64,000 nucleotides of DNA from positions 29,078,001-29,142,000 of the forward strand of contig OZ024740.1 in assembly GCA_964016885.1 (NCBI GenBank), read 5' to 3'. The notes beneath the pieces were generated by a model, which was not told where the DNA came from, made no database searches, and was given only the letters and a program-made list of their open reading frames with translations. Positions within the stretch are counted from its first letter, which is position 1, and every line of letters begins with the position of its first letter. Of the stretch, positions 1 through 13,876 are shown one piece after another. The DNA is from Eledone cirrhosa. Its lineage: Eukaryota. Position numbers and translations under genes: made by a program.

Positions 1-255
1 CATTTGCCTCCATCATTTTATCATGGATCAACTAAGCACTCTTGCTATATTAACACATTTTGATCTGCTTAACTTCAAGAACTATGCCTGTAAATAGCAT
101 TATTTTTTCTTCCACATTGACTTTTTATGCTCTACATTATGCCCGTTTCCTTTTTTTTTCTTTTTTCTTTTCACTTCGTAAACCTTGTTTGTAAATAACA
201 TTATTCTTTCTGAACCTTCTGTTTAACATGTGCGACACCACACTAACACATTTCA

Positions 256-297
256 CTATCATTTGATAATGCATAAAAATGCTGAAACCGGTAATAG
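256..297 (+). ncRNA. Putative minimal hammerhead ribozyme, U3-A8 core variant
   Basis: TTGATAA-tGCAT-aaaa-ATGCt-GAAA-CCGG-TA-atag; palindromic stem III ACCGGT; stem I weak. Confidence 0.4.
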
Positions 298-974
298 ACA
301 ATTATTAAATATATAAATAGATAAATAAATGCCATTGTTAAATAATAAATAAATCAACTAATACCTTAACACTTCACACAAAGTAAAACATTTCGTTTTA
401 CTCATTTTCTAACCCAGAAAGAAGAGAGAGCGAAACAAAAAGGGAAAAAAAATATTTTTCTTCCTAATAATCGTCTCTTTCTCCCTGTTTTCATATATAT
501 ATATATATATTTATTGTTATACTTGGGGAGGGTCATATTGTTGTAATAATATTGCCAGAATTAATAACAGAACACATTGTTTGGTTGGTTTTCGCTTCTG
601 TATCTTTTATATCAGTTCATTTATTCGGTCCTAAATGTTTACCATTGACTGACCAACGGTCAAAAATACAGATATAATATAGACACAAACACATATATAT
701 AGTCTAATAAAGTTCTTTCGTTGCACATCTGCAACATCGTCAGTGGTGCTATTGTGTTCCTCCTTTTGTATTGTATATCTACGCCATCTTTATTTAATTT
801 GTTTATTTATTTATTTATTGATTTTTGTCTTCTCTGCGCATGCGTTTGCGTGTGTGTATAGTGTTTGGTGTGTGTTTTCGCGTTTGGGTGATTGTGTTTT
901 GGTTATTGTATTCTATCTTAGTTTACTAGTGTGTGTTTATATGTGTTTGTTGTTATTGTGCTTGTGTATATATT

Positions 975-1835
975 TATTTATTTATTTATATTTCTCTTAG
1001 GTCAGTATTGTTTGTTTGGGTGTTGTTATTCCATTCATGTTTTTTGTTTAGCTTTGGCCTTCTAAGTTCAATTTCACTTGCCTCTCTGATTTGCCTATCT
1101 GCTGGGTCATTTCTATGTTTAGATATTATTTTAATTTCTATGTTATCTATGTTACCGTGATGTTGTTGTCTGGGGTGTCCGTATAGTACTGAACCATTTT
1201 TTCGTCCTTTTAGTCCCCCCCCTCCAGTGTTGGTCTATCCTTTCAACTATGCTACGAGCTGTCTCGCCTATGTATGTTGTTGTCATGTTTCTGCAAGTAC
1301 CCTCTGTACATCTTATGCTATAGACTACGTTTCTAGTTTTACAGTTTATCCGGGGGTTTACTTTACATATGATACATTTCCTATTAGTACAGTGGGTTTT
1401 TTTAAAAGGGTATGTTTTGATGATCAGGGATTTTATGGTAGTTCCTGGCTTTTCTACCACCTTAATCTTTAAGTAGGTCTTTGTCAGTGCCTTTCTACAC
1501 TGGTTAACTAATCTCCCTCCTGGGATAGCGTCCACGAACATGACGCTCTGGTTTCACTGGTTGTCGTACCATGAGGTGGCTTTCCCTATCTTATGTTTAG
1601 TCCTATCTTTGCTATTCCATGATTTGCTCCTGTATAATGGGCAAATTCCTTTCATGTCCAGTTCTATGAGGGCCTTATACTTCTCCGTGGCTCCTTCTTA
1701 TACTCTGATTCTGTCTCTTTGGTTGTAGCCAGAGAACTGCACGCGGTTGATGAAGTGTTGGATGTGTCTTTCCATTTCTATTGGGTCGCACATGCGGGAC
1801 ACATTCTTCATCACTCGTACCAATTCTGCACGCAC
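975..1835 (-). pseudogene. Penelope-like element remnant (RT C-terminus, Cys linker, GIY-YIG endonuclease)
   Basis: ORF 1152-1541: CTNRKCIIC...CKTRNVVYSIRC...YIGETARSIVERIDQH; upstream frame reads AELVRVMKNVSRMC...RVQFSGY. Confidence 0.85.
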
Positions 1836-1956
1836 TATACGCGAAATGAATATAAGCTATAGCGTATATTAACCTCAGTACTAATAAACAAACGTCACTT
1901 ATGATGGATTAAAAAACTTGAAATGCTACTGTCTGGTGATCTCACAGGGCCTACAG

Positions 1957-2175
1957 TAGGCATGTCAAACTGAGGTTCCACTGAGGGCCACATGGGTCAC
2001 ATATGTGTTGTCTGAGGGCCACACACGACAACTAATTGCGCACTTTACAACTAATATTTTTTATTTCATATTACGAAGATAAAATATGTTCGCACTGTAA
2101 AAACCTTTGTGCGGGCCACGGGTGAGATTGCAAAGGGCCCCATACGTCCTGTGCGCCGCATTTTTGCCATGCCTG
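1957..2175. mobile_element. hAT-type MITE
   Basis: Imperfect TIRs TAGGCATGTCAAA / TTTGCCATGCCTG; perfect 8-bp TSD GCCTACAG at 1949-1956 and 2176-2183. Confidence 0.85.
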
Positions 2176-2340
2176 GCCTACAGAATAGATGTGACATGAT
2201 CACAGCTTAAAACATTCATAGATACACTTATATATGTTTTTTTTATACAGAAACATATAGTATCTCTCTCTATATATATATGTGTGTGTCTGTGTGTGTG
2301 TCTGTGTGTGTGTCTGTCTGTGTGTATGTGTATGTGTGTG

Positions 2341-2378
<38 letters not shown>

Positions 2379-2500
2379 ATTTGTTGGTAATACAACAAAT
2401 AGATATATTTTTTTAACTGATTCGAAGCACTCGACAAGTTTTTTCGAGTATAATATCAATGATATTAATAAATGGAAACTATATTTATAAAACCATATTA

Positions 2501-2559
2501 ATTCTATTACATATATTTCAAGGGTACCAACATTTTGGTACGCACTCATCAGATAAAAT
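2501..2559 (-). ncRNA. Type I hammerhead ribozyme (mirror copy in left arm)
   Basis: Reverse complement of 2693-2751. Confidence 0.7.
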
Positions 2560-2692
2560 ACAAAGTTTGTTTTATAAATATTGACATATCCAGGAACGAG
2601 ACCTTAACAGTTCAAGTTTTACCTGGATAGTAAAACTTGAACTGTTAAGGTCTCGTTCCTGGATATGTCAATATTTATAAAACAAACTTTGT

Positions 2693-2751
2693 ATTTTATC
2701 TGATGAGTGCGTACCAAAATGTTGGTACCCTTGAAATATATGTAATAGAAT
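2693..2751 (+). ncRNA. Type I hammerhead ribozyme
   Basis: ATTTTAT-CTGATGA-[GTACCAA/TTGGTAC hairpin]-GAAA-TATATG-TA-ATAGAAT; 7-bp stem I with one G-U pair. Confidence 0.7.
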
Positions 2752-2891
2752 TAATATGGTTTTATAAATATAGTTTCCATTTATTAATATCATTGATATT
2801 ATACTCGAAAAAACTTGTCGAGTGCTTCGAATCAGTTATAAATATATTTATTTGTTGAATTACCAACAAATTGAATATCCCTTTGCTTATA

Positions 2892-3361
<470 letters not shown>

Positions 3362-3747
3362 TGTGTGTGTGTGTGTGTGTGTATACATACATACATTGGT
3401 AATTTGAAATGTAGGAGACAGTTGGAAGTCATTTCTCTCTGCAATATATCATATATTATCGTCTCTACTTAATAGTAAATAGTTTATTACCTTATTTAAC
3501 TGTGGTTGCTTTCCTGAAAACCATTATATTTGTATATAAACAATCGTTGAGCAAATTCTTATCTTGAAAGTACGTTAGCTTATTGTAAGTTACCACAACG
3601 CAATTTTAACTAGAAAATGATAAACATGAGTATCAGACCAGGAAGCATGGATTCACCCATGCCTTCGTCCGCATACACATACACTTGAACCAAGTTGACT
3701 GCCAGTTTTTACCATATAAGTGTATGTGTGTAAGCGTGTACGTATGC

Positions 3748-3818
<71 letters not shown>

Positions 3819-4017
3819 TTATAAGAAAGTGATTGAAATATATTCATACACAGATAAGTGTGCACTAATACATATCAACACTTAGAACTAGAGACAATCT
3901 ACACTGAATAAGGCTCATTTTATTCTCTGAATTCTATCTGTTTTTAGAGACAAGACATATGTTTGATTTTGTATCATTGATGACACCCTTTACTTTTACT
4001 TTGAAAGTAATAATAAT

Positions 4018-4205
4018 TGTTTCTACTTTTGGCACAAGGCCAGCAAATACCTAGTGTATTACTGGTACTTTATTTTATCGACCCCGTAAGGATGAAAGGC
4101 AAAGTTAACCTCGGCGGGATTTGAACTCAGACCATAAAGGACCGTAACTCTTTGCTGCAAAGCATGGTGTCCGACCCTCTACCGATACTGCCAATCTACC
4201 GCCCA
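4018..4205 (-). mobile_element. tRNA-derived SINE (family A)
   Basis: Box-B-like GAGTTCAAATCCC; family core; 18-bp TSD TTTGAAAGTAATAATAAT at 4000-4017 and 4206-4223. Confidence 0.9.
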
Positions 4206-4228
4206 TTTGAAAGTAATAATAATAATGA

Positions 4229-7065
4229 TTTCATTCATCGGCCACAAGGGCCGACATGTAGGGTACAAAACAAAGACACAGACAGTGGGGGTTTACAATA
4301 AGGTCGAGTAAAAGTGCACAATGGCAAAACTAATTTAACAATGAAGATATAAAAATATAAAATAAACTATGCATAAATATAACAAAATAAATTCCTCGAA
4401 AGGGGATGGACGAGCCAGGGGTGACTCAGGTACCCCATCAATCCTGAACCACACTGCGCTTCCAGGGCACCCGGGGAGAGCACCCCTCTCCTCAAATTAG
4501 CTAGCCTATAGGCGCATGGTCAGAGTAGGCCCATTCACACGGGTCATTATCGCCACATTCATCCACCTTTTAGCAAATGTACTGGGGGGGGGGGGCACCA
4601 CTTCTCTCCCCACCCTCACCTTCCTTTCCAGGTGAAACTTGAAGAACTTGATGAGGGATTGGCCGAAGAGAAAAGAGTCTGTCTTCAGTCCTTTTAATCT
4701 GGTCCACCATATAACCACTTTCGCAACTGCCACCAGACAGGGAAATTGCCTGCTCTTCCTGACCAAAGGAAGGCGGCCGGTCGATCTTCACTATGGACTC
4801 GGCCGATCGCCGGATCCGTTCTACACGTGACAGTAGCTGTTCGACATAACTTCACAAGTCAGTAATGCACGGACACTGGACAAGTGCGTGCAGAACGGTT
4901 TCGTCGTTCTGTGCGCATCTTGGGCAGGTCTGTCTGACAGCACTTCCGTGCTTGTAGAGTTTATCCCGAACCGGTAGCAGTGCCCCCAGGTAGCACTGCC
5001 AAGCGAGGGATTTCTGGAAATTGTCCATTGTCCCCCGGCTCGAAACTCCCCCGGAATAGACTGGTCAGTTCGACTTCGTCGAGGTCCAAAGCTTCTCAGA
5101 GTGCGTCATCGCACTTGACCACCACTAATCCTCTATAGAACTTGAGAGTGGAAGTTCCACCGATCGCATTGCCCGCTTGGTAGACGGCAGTGAATGATTG
5201 GCAACATTCCAGGTGCCAGTCACCCAGTCTCGGTCTCTTCTTGACCCAGGACTGCAGCTCAGTCAAAGAAACGAGCTGCGGAAAGGCACGTCTGATAAAC
5301 GGTGACCACACCTGTTCACCGTTTAGGCAGACTATCTGAATATGTCACAGCCTCAGCACATGTCTGCGCATCATTAGCCACGGCATGCCCAGCCCTCCGC
5401 GTAGAGGGTGCTGGCAGCAGATGGACTTCCTCACCATCGGAACTTGTCCTCTCCACAAGAATTTGAAGAGGAGCCGTTCCAACTTGGCGAGGCGCGACGG
5501 GGGCAAGGCGCGACGGTCAGGCGGTAGTAGATGACGGACGCGATGTACGCATTCGCCACCTCCGCGCGACTTTTCAGTGATAGCTTCCTCGCAGCCCATT
5601 TTTGGATGAGACTGGCTACCCTGCTCGTTACCTCGTCCCCAAATTTTTCCACCTGGAGGTCTGGTTCGAACCACAACCTGAACAAATTTACCGGTCCGTC
5701 CGTCCAGCGCCCAATAACGCTGTTGGACGGCATGGACTTGCCTCTCCAGGTTCCGAGTTGCAAGCCCACCGACTTTTCCGGGTTAAGTTTGGCTCGTCAA
5801 CCTTTCATATTCCTTCAATAAGATGCCGACAACCTCGATTTCTGAGGTGTTCGACACCATCACGGTGATGTCTTCCGCATAAGGCGACACAGCCTTTCCA
5901 CGTCGCGGTTCGAGCAGGATGCCCTAGAACATCTCTAGCTTCCGCAGTAAAGGCTCGAAAGTCAATACGTACAGAAGGGAAGAGAGAGGGCACCTTTGAC
6001 GGACTGATCGGGATAGCCGAAACAGTTCCGAGAGGTGGCCATTAACCTTGACCACCGGGCAGGTGCATCTGTGCATTGCAGCAATCCTGCTTTTGAAGAC
6101 AGGGCCGAAGCCCGCTGCTTTGAGGACAGCCTCCAGATACTGATTGACCAGTGCCCCACCGAAGCCAGGTTTACACTCTACCCTCTCTATGATATATCGC
6201 ATGAGGTGGAGGTTGTCGTGTATGGACATGGCTGGGATTGCGCAAGTTTGCGCCTCCCCAACCAACTCCTCGACGACAAGCGCCAATCTCTTTGCTAACA
6301 CCTTGGCCAAAATCTTAAACTCTGTGTTCAGCAGAGTTATGGGCCTGAAGTTGTCTAATGTATCCCTCTTGTTTTTGTCTTTCCTTATCAGCGTCACCAC
6401 TCCCCAGGTCACAGAACTGGGAATACTCCCATTCTGCTGCCAGTTGCAGTAGAGCGCTTCGAGGAGATCGGAGAACAAGTCTGACATATTTACGTAAAGC
6501 TCATAGTACAGGACATCGAACTGGGTGACTTGCGCCTCATGCAGCCGACAAGGCCGTCCTGAATTTCGGCTGAAGTAATCGGCCTTTCGCAGCGCTCAGC
6601 GTCGACCGTCGAGATGTGCGACAATCCGTCAAGGTAGGGACTGAAATCCGCTACTCTCTCTGACCCGCCACTCTCCCCGAACAACCGAGCAAAGTGCTGG
6701 CGAAAGGCCTCACACATCCGCTTGGAATCGCTTATCTCGTGTCCGTCTACGTCTCGCTAGCACGTCAGTTGCAATGCCACTACAAATAGCCTCGTCTAAC
6801 TTATCTACCAGCTCCCCTCCTTTCTATTTTTCTCTAACGCTAGTTCTTTGCTGAACTTTATCGAAGTTACTCTAATCTCTCTTTTGAGAGCCTCCCACCA
6901 TCTGTTGTTGATGATCCCCTCTGTCAATTTTTACTTAACTAAATTGTTGACTCGGTCCCTGTAAGCCTTACGTGCCGGAAATGACATGTTCAGCTTCCAG
7001 TAACCCGGTCCCAACCTACGCGTTTTATCTAGGTCGACTACACAAATCACAAATTTGTGATCTGA
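4229..7065 (-). mobile_element. Tx1/L1-clade LINE, 5'-truncated and degenerate (copy 1)
   Basis: Fragmented ORF2: YSDHK, GYWKLN, DNFRPITLLNTEFKILAKVLAKRL, GGLGMP, CPRC...H...C; homologous to copies 2 and 3. Confidence 0.92.
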
Positions 7066-7072
7066 ATATATA

Positions 7073-7105
<33 letters not shown>

Positions 7106-7114
<9 letters not shown>

Positions 7115-7274
7115 GTCCTTCATCAGTGATCTTCCAACTTTCATTGGTATTTCATCGCTTTAAAAATCATGATTTTTAACGCGATGAAATACCAATGAAA
7201 GTTGGAAGATCACTGATGAAGGACTAATTTTATTCATGTGTAACCCATGTGCAACCACGCAGCACTCCATTTTT

Positions 7275-7278
<4 letters not shown>
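7106..7278. repeat. 128-bp palindrome plus tail between (TA)n tracts
   Basis: Arms 7106-7169 / 7170-7233 centred on AAAAATCATGATTTTT; contains CTGATGAAGG. Confidence 0.85.
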
Positions 7279-7332
<54 letters not shown>

Positions 7333-7414
7333 GATAAGCAGAACAAGCAAAATTCAACCAATTTTTTAAAAATAAATAAAAAAATATAATTTAAATATTT
7401 ACCTATCCTTTTGG

Positions 7415-7493
7415 CCCTTACTGATCAGTTTCGCTTTGTAAAACAGCAGAAATCCAATGGATTCCTAATGGAAAATCAAAGTTCATCAGAGAT
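7415..7493 (-). ncRNA. Putative hammerhead ribozyme
   Basis: Minus strand: CTGATGA-aCTTTG...CAAAGc-GAAA-CTGATCAG-TA-AGG; palindromic stem III ACTGATCAGT; stem I ~3 bp. Confidence 0.55.
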
Positions 7494-7782
7494 GCATTTT
7501 CCTTTCCTAGGGCTAAAGACCCAGGAACGATCAAATATATCGCCTTCCGCCAGCTAGCACGGATCCAATGAGGTCGAAATAGTGACCCGCACGTGAACCA
7601 GTCTGAAGTAAAAGCGGGAAAACCATAGACGTGCTGTCTCTCCCACTACTAAAAATAGCAGCTAAATAGAACAACAGATTTGTTCTCTACATAACGGAGA
7701 ATAATAAATGAAGTTAATAAGCCCAAGGGTACTAAGTACCCCTGGAAATAAATAGGTTGTCTATGATTCAAGGTTGTTCAAT

Positions 7783-7821
<39 letters not shown>

Positions 7822-8257
7822 GAATTGGTGCTCTGAAATAGCGATATATATATGAATGTATATATAGTGTATTTTGCAATACACTGTATGCTTAATTAAA
7901 AGCATTTTGAAGAGCATACGCTATTGTTTTAAAGTAGCGACAATGTCGCTTACTTAAATTTTCACCATACAAGGGGAGATAAGCTGACAGAGCTCTGTTT
8001 CAGACCTTTTGGTACTTATTAAATCTCACTACTCTCCCTGTTTGCTGAAAATTATGTGTTGGATTCTTATAGAATTCCAGTAATAATCAGGAACTGATAT
8101 ATATATATATAGTTCAAGGAGACAAGAAGGAGAGGTACCAAAAGTCTTATTAGTTTCACGCTTTATATGGAAAAGAGGAAAGAAAGTTCAATGTGTCAGG
8201 TTTAAGCCCTTCTTTAGGAGTATATATAACTATATATATGTATATATATATGTGTAT

Positions 8258-8334
<77 letters not shown>

Positions 8335-8544
8335 ACGTTAAGGCCTTTGATCTCTGTTACGCAATTGTTATTTAGTAACAGAGAACAATATCTATCTATC
8401 TCCACTCTCTCTCTCTCTCTATCTCTCTATCTCTATATCTATCTCTCCTCTCTCTCTCCCCTTCTCTCTATCTCTCCTCTCTATCTCCCTCACGCCCCCC
8501 TCTCTCTCTCTATGATTTTTAGTCTTCTATAAATGTATAAATCT

Positions 8545-9290
8545 TGTCTATATATGTGTGTGTCTGTATATATGTGTGTGTTTGTGTATATATATGTGTA
8601 TGTCTATATATCTCTGTGCATGTCTATATATCTCTGTGTATGCCTATATATCTCTGTGTATGTATATATAACTGTGTGTATGTATATATATATGTGTGTA
8701 TGTCTATATATATATCTGTGTATGTCTATATCTGTGTGTATGTCTATATCTGTGTGTATGTCTATATATCTGTGTATGTATATATATCTGTGTGTATGTC
8801 TATATATCTGTGTGTATGTCTATATATCTGTGTATGTATATATATCTGTGTGTATGTCTATATATCTGTGTATATGTCTATATAACTGTGTGTATGTCTA
8901 TATATCTCTGTGTATATGTTAATATATCTATGTGTATGTCTATATATCTCTGTGTATGTCTATATATATCTGTGTATGTCTATATATCTGTGTGTATGTC
9001 TATATATCTCTGTGTATGCCTATATATCTCTGTGTATGTCTATATATCTGTGTGTATGTCTATATAACTGTGTGTATGTCTATATAACTGTGTATATGCT
9101 AATATAGCTCTATGTATGTCTATATATCTGTGTATGTCTATATATCTCTATGTATGTCTATATAACTGTGTATATGTCTATATAACTGTGTATATATTAA
9201 TATATGTCTATGTATGTCTATATAACTGTGTATATGTCTATATAACTGTGTATATGTTAATGTATCTCTATGTATGTCTGTATGTCTGTA
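8545..9290. repeat. Degenerate ~20-22-bp TA/TG-derived minisatellite
   Basis: Units like TATATATCTGTGTGTATGTC. Confidence 0.85.
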
Positions 9291-9691
9291 TATTGTTTTC
9301 ATTCCTTTTCTTCCCCATATTGTCTTTGCAACTGTCCACAATATGTCTACCGTATTTCTAAACTGTTCTCCCTGCGCATGACTGACCACCACCATCTGAA
9401 ATTGTCTTCAATGGTGCAACATAAAATATTTTCTGTCGCCTTCAAAAATGTTATTTTTCACTTCTAATTTCTACCTTCTTTCACTTTTCTTCTTATTCCA
9501 TTTGTTTCTTCATGGCTTCATTCTCAAACTCTTCTTCTTATCGTTTATTAAAACACATTTATTCATTGTCAAAAATTCTGTTTCCAATTTTTCAATCTTA
9601 ATTTTTTTCCTTTCGTTCATGAAATCTTCATTCTTGTCTCGTGTATAATTCTTTGTTGTTTCGCCGTTTTCTAATTCTTCTATTTTTTTTT

Positions 9692-9887
9692 ATTGTATCG
9701 CCGGAAGAGCATCAGACAACATGCTTTGTAACATATAGTTACATCCCTTTGTGTTTAGAGTTCAAATCCCGCCGAGGTTAACTTTGCCTTTCATAAAGAT
9801 TTGCCTTTCATACGGATTTGATAAAATAAAGTACCAGTAATGCACTGGGTTTTGCTGGCCTTGTGCCAAAAGTAGACACAATTATTT
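9692..9887 (+). mobile_element. SINE family A
   Basis: GAGTTCAAATCCCGCCGAGGTTAACTTTGCCTTTCAT...GATAAAATAAAGTACCAG...GCTGGCCTTGTGCC. Confidence 0.85.
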
Positions 9888-10164
9888 AACGTTTTTTTTT
9901 TAGTTTTGTCCTTCAATCTTTATTTATTCCTCACTTCTTAGTTCTTGTTTTTCCTTCTTACGTTCGTTCTTTAAAATTCATTCGTTTATTTACAATTTAA
10001 TTTATGTTTATTCCTTCAATATTCATTCTACATTCCATAATTCTACACCATTCCTTCATTCTTTATTTCTTTCCTTATTCATTCTTTAATTCCTCTTCCT
10101 AGTTTCGTTTTAAAAATACTCCTTTATTGCTCTTCTAATTTTTTCTCATACTTTAAATCATAAG

Positions 10165-10283
10165 AGTCGGACGCCATGCTTTCCAGCATAGAGTTACGTC
10201 CCTTTACAGTATGGGTACAAATCCCGCCGAGGTTAACTTTTCCTTTCATCCTTACAGGGTCGATAAAATAAAGTACCAGTAAT
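10165..10283 (+). mobile_element. SINE family A, 3'-truncated
   Basis: Same core sequence. Confidence 0.8.
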
Positions 10284-10369
10284 ACAGCCACAACAAGAAC
10301 GGCCAGAACAACAACAACAGCAACAATCACAACAACAACAGCTACAACAACAACGACAACAACAACCAT

Positions 10370-11668
10370 AACAACAGTGACTCCCCCTTCTGTTGTGTTG
10401 TTTAATATTACCCAAACACACAACACCAACCACAACAACAGTGGCTCCCCCTCTGTTATGTTGTTTAATATTACCAAACATCACAACAGTGGCTCCCCCT
10501 CAGTTGTGTTGTTTAATATTACCAAACATCACAACATCAGTGACTTCCCCTTCTGTTGTTTAATATTACCAAATATCACAACATCAGTGACTCCCCCTTC
10601 TGTTGTTTAATATTGCCAAACATCACATCAGTGGCTTCCCCTTCTGTTGTTTAACATTACCAAACATCACAACAACAGTAGCTCCCCTTCTGTTGTGTAA
10701 TATTACCAAACATCACAGCATCAGTGACTTCCCCTTCTGTTGTTTAATATTACCAAACATCACAACATCAGTCACTTCCCCTTCTGTTGTTTAATATTAA
10801 ACATCACAACAACAGTGGCTCCCCCTTCTGTTGTGTAATATTATCAAACATCACAACAACAGTGGCTTCCCCTTCTGTTGTTTAATATTGCCAAACATCA
10901 CAACAGTGGCTCCCCCCTTCTGTTGTGTAATATTACCAAACATCACAACATCAGTGAGTCCCCCTTCTGTTGTTTAATATTGCCAAACATCACAACATCA
11001 GTGGCTTCCCCTTCTGTTGTTTAATATTACCAAACATCACAACAACAGTGGCTCCCCCTTATGTTGTGTAATATTACCAAACATCACAACAGTGGCTCCC
11101 CCTTCTGTTGTGTAAAATTACCAAACATCACAACAACAGTGGCTCCCCCTTCTGTTGTTTAATATTGCCAAACATCACAACATCAGTGGCTTCCCCTTCT
11201 GTTGTTTAATATTACCAAACATCACAACAACAGTGGCTTCCCCTTATGTTGTGTAATATTACCAAACATCACAACAGTGGCTCCCCCTTCTGTTGTGTAA
11301 TATTGCCAAACATCACAACATCAGTGGCTCCCCCTTCTGTTGTGTAATATTACCAAACATCACAACATCAGTGACTTCCCCTTCTGTTGTGTAATATTAC
11401 CAAACATCACAACAGTGGCTTCCCCTTCTGTTGTGTAATATTACCAAATATCACAACAACAGTGGCTTCCCCTTCTGTTGTTTAATATTGCCAAACATCA
11501 CAACAGTGGTTCCCCCTTCTGTTGTGTAATATTACCAAACATCACAAACATCACAACAACAGTGGCTCCCCCTTCTGTTGTGTAATATTACCAAACATCA
11601 CAACATCACAACAACATCACATCAACAGTGGCTCCTCCTTCTTTTGTTTAATATTACCAAACATCACA
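10370..11668. repeat. ~43-47-bp minisatellite, roughly 28 units
   Basis: Unit AATATTACCAAACATCACAACAACAGTGGCTCCCCCTTCTGTTGTGT. Confidence 0.95.
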
Positions 11669-11787
11669 TCTAACCGACGACCAATTTCTTTGTCTCCAAA
11701 TATTTCACACATTTTTACTTTTACATTCCTTTCATATTTTATAACTATTTTTTATAATATTGTTGTGATAACTTTTTTGTAGAATGG

Positions 11788-12110
11788 TATTGTAGTTGTT
11801 GTTGTTGTTGTAGTTGGTGGTGGTGGTGGTGGTGTTGTTGTTGTGTCTGTTGTTGTTACTGTTACTGCTGCTGTTGTTGTTGCGGTTGTTGTCGTTGTTA
11901 CTGTTGTTGTTGTTGTTGTTGTCAATGTTATTACTTTTGTTGTTGCCGGTGTTGTTAATGTTGTTGTTGTCATCGTCGTTGTTGTTGTTTCTATTGTCAT
12001 TGATGTTGTTGTTATTGTTGTTGTTGTTGTTTCTGTTGTCAGTGTAGTTGTTGTTATTGTTGTTGTTGTTGTTTCTGTTGTCAGTGTAGTTGTTATTGTT
12101 GTTGCTACTG
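11788..12110. repeat. (GTT)n degenerate microsatellite
   Basis: Direct reading. Confidence 0.9.
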
Positions 12111-12429
12111 ATGTTTTAAGTCCCAAGTTCAATTCTTCCATTTTGAACAAATATAATTTACTGTAGCCATTGGTTGCTAGAAGCTGTGTGGGTAAAATTT
12201 GGATGATGGTGACTATTTGGAAGCCCGTGTCTGACTGTACCTGTAATTCAAAGGACCAGTCATGACACACACTTATGGTTGTTTATAGTTGTAGTAGTAG
12301 TTATGGTGGTAGTAGGGTTTCAGGTTGTAATAGTGGTGGTTAGCGTTGTAGTAGGGTTTAGGGTTAGGGTAAGGTTGAAGTATTTGTGACGATTGTTTCG
12401 GCTGGTAATGGCACTTATGATGTTAGTAT

Positions 12430-12912
12430 GGTGGTGGTGGTGATGCTAGTGAGGTTGTAGTGTGTGGGTGGTAATGAGGTAGACGTGAGGTAGTAGGACT
12501 GTGGTGGTGGTATTGTTGGTGGTAGTGTGTTGGTAGGGGTGGTAGTGTTGGTGGTAGTGTTGGTGGTAATGTTGGTGGTAGTGTGTTGGTGGTGGTAATA
12601 TTGGTGGTAATGAGGTGGACGTGTGGTAGTAGGACTGTAGTGGTGGTAGTGTTGGTGGTAGTGTTGGTGGTAGTGTGTTGTTGGTGGTGGTGTTGGTGGT
12701 AATGAGGTGGACGTGTGGTAGTAGGACTGTGGTGGTGGTAGTGTTGGTGGTAGTGTGTTGGTGGTTGTGGTGTTGGTGGTAATGAGGTGGACGTGTGGTA
12801 GTAGGACTGTGGTGGTGGTAGTGTTTGTGGTAGTGTGTTGGTGGTAATGAGGTGGACATGTGGTAGTAGGACAGTGGTGTGATGGTGTTAAGGTAATTGC
12901 GGTGTGGTGGTA
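12430..12912. repeat. GT-rich degenerate minisatellite
   Basis: Recurring GTAATGAGGTGGACGTGTGGTAGTAGGACTGT. Confidence 0.8.
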
Positions 12913-13009
12913 GTTGTATGCAGGAGTGTAGGTGTGTAGGTGGTGCGCTCACGGAGAAGCAAAAGTATGTGTTTGTGTGTATGACTTTGTGATTGTATTT
13001 GTGTTCCTG

Positions 13010-13351
<342 letters not shown>

Positions 13352-13647
13352 ATACACGGGTGTGTATGATTGTGTATAGAAGATTATATTAATGATTTCA
13401 TTTATTTATTATAAAAGGAATTCCAACTTTGTCTGATTTATTCGTTTTATTTACAATCCTTTAACATTATAATGGTATTAGAATGAAATAGTATGGTAGA
13501 ATATTAAATGTTAAGTACTTTCATGCTTTCGCAATCTTCAGGTTGTACTCTATGTCGCGTCACGCCATGAAACCGGGATAAGCACCGGCCAAATGAGCCT
13601 TCTGGCTTATGTCAGACTTTAGACTTTTATATATATATATATATGTA

Positions 13648-13746
<99 letters not shown>

Positions 13747-13786
13747 GTATATATATTTAATATAGAAATGGCTTCTACAGGACTAC

Positions 13787-13869
<83 letters not shown>

Positions 13870-13876
<7 letters not shown>

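Larger units (their letters stand above)
2372..2890. repeat. ~250-bp-arm near-perfect palindrome of a PLE terminus, with short tail
   Basis: Arms 2372-2622 / 2630-2878, 7-nt loop CTGGATA; homologous pieces at 44277-44378 and 49208-49348. Confidence 0.95.

Noticed and set aside
7213-7233. CTGATGAAGG as a complete hammerhead
   Set aside because: No downstream GAAA-stem III-UH; at most a fragment
8188-8220. Minus-strand CTAAAGAAGGGCTTAAACCTGACACATTG resembling the 44692 hammerhead
   Set aside because: Both core segments mutated; a relic only
10370-11668. CRISPR-like array of hairpin-forming repeats
   Set aside because: No unique spacers, no cas genes, eukaryotic context; plain minisatellite
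12354-12374. GGGTTTAGGGTTAGGGTAAGG telomere-like motif
   Set aside because: Only about three imperfect units within GT-rich low-complexity DNA
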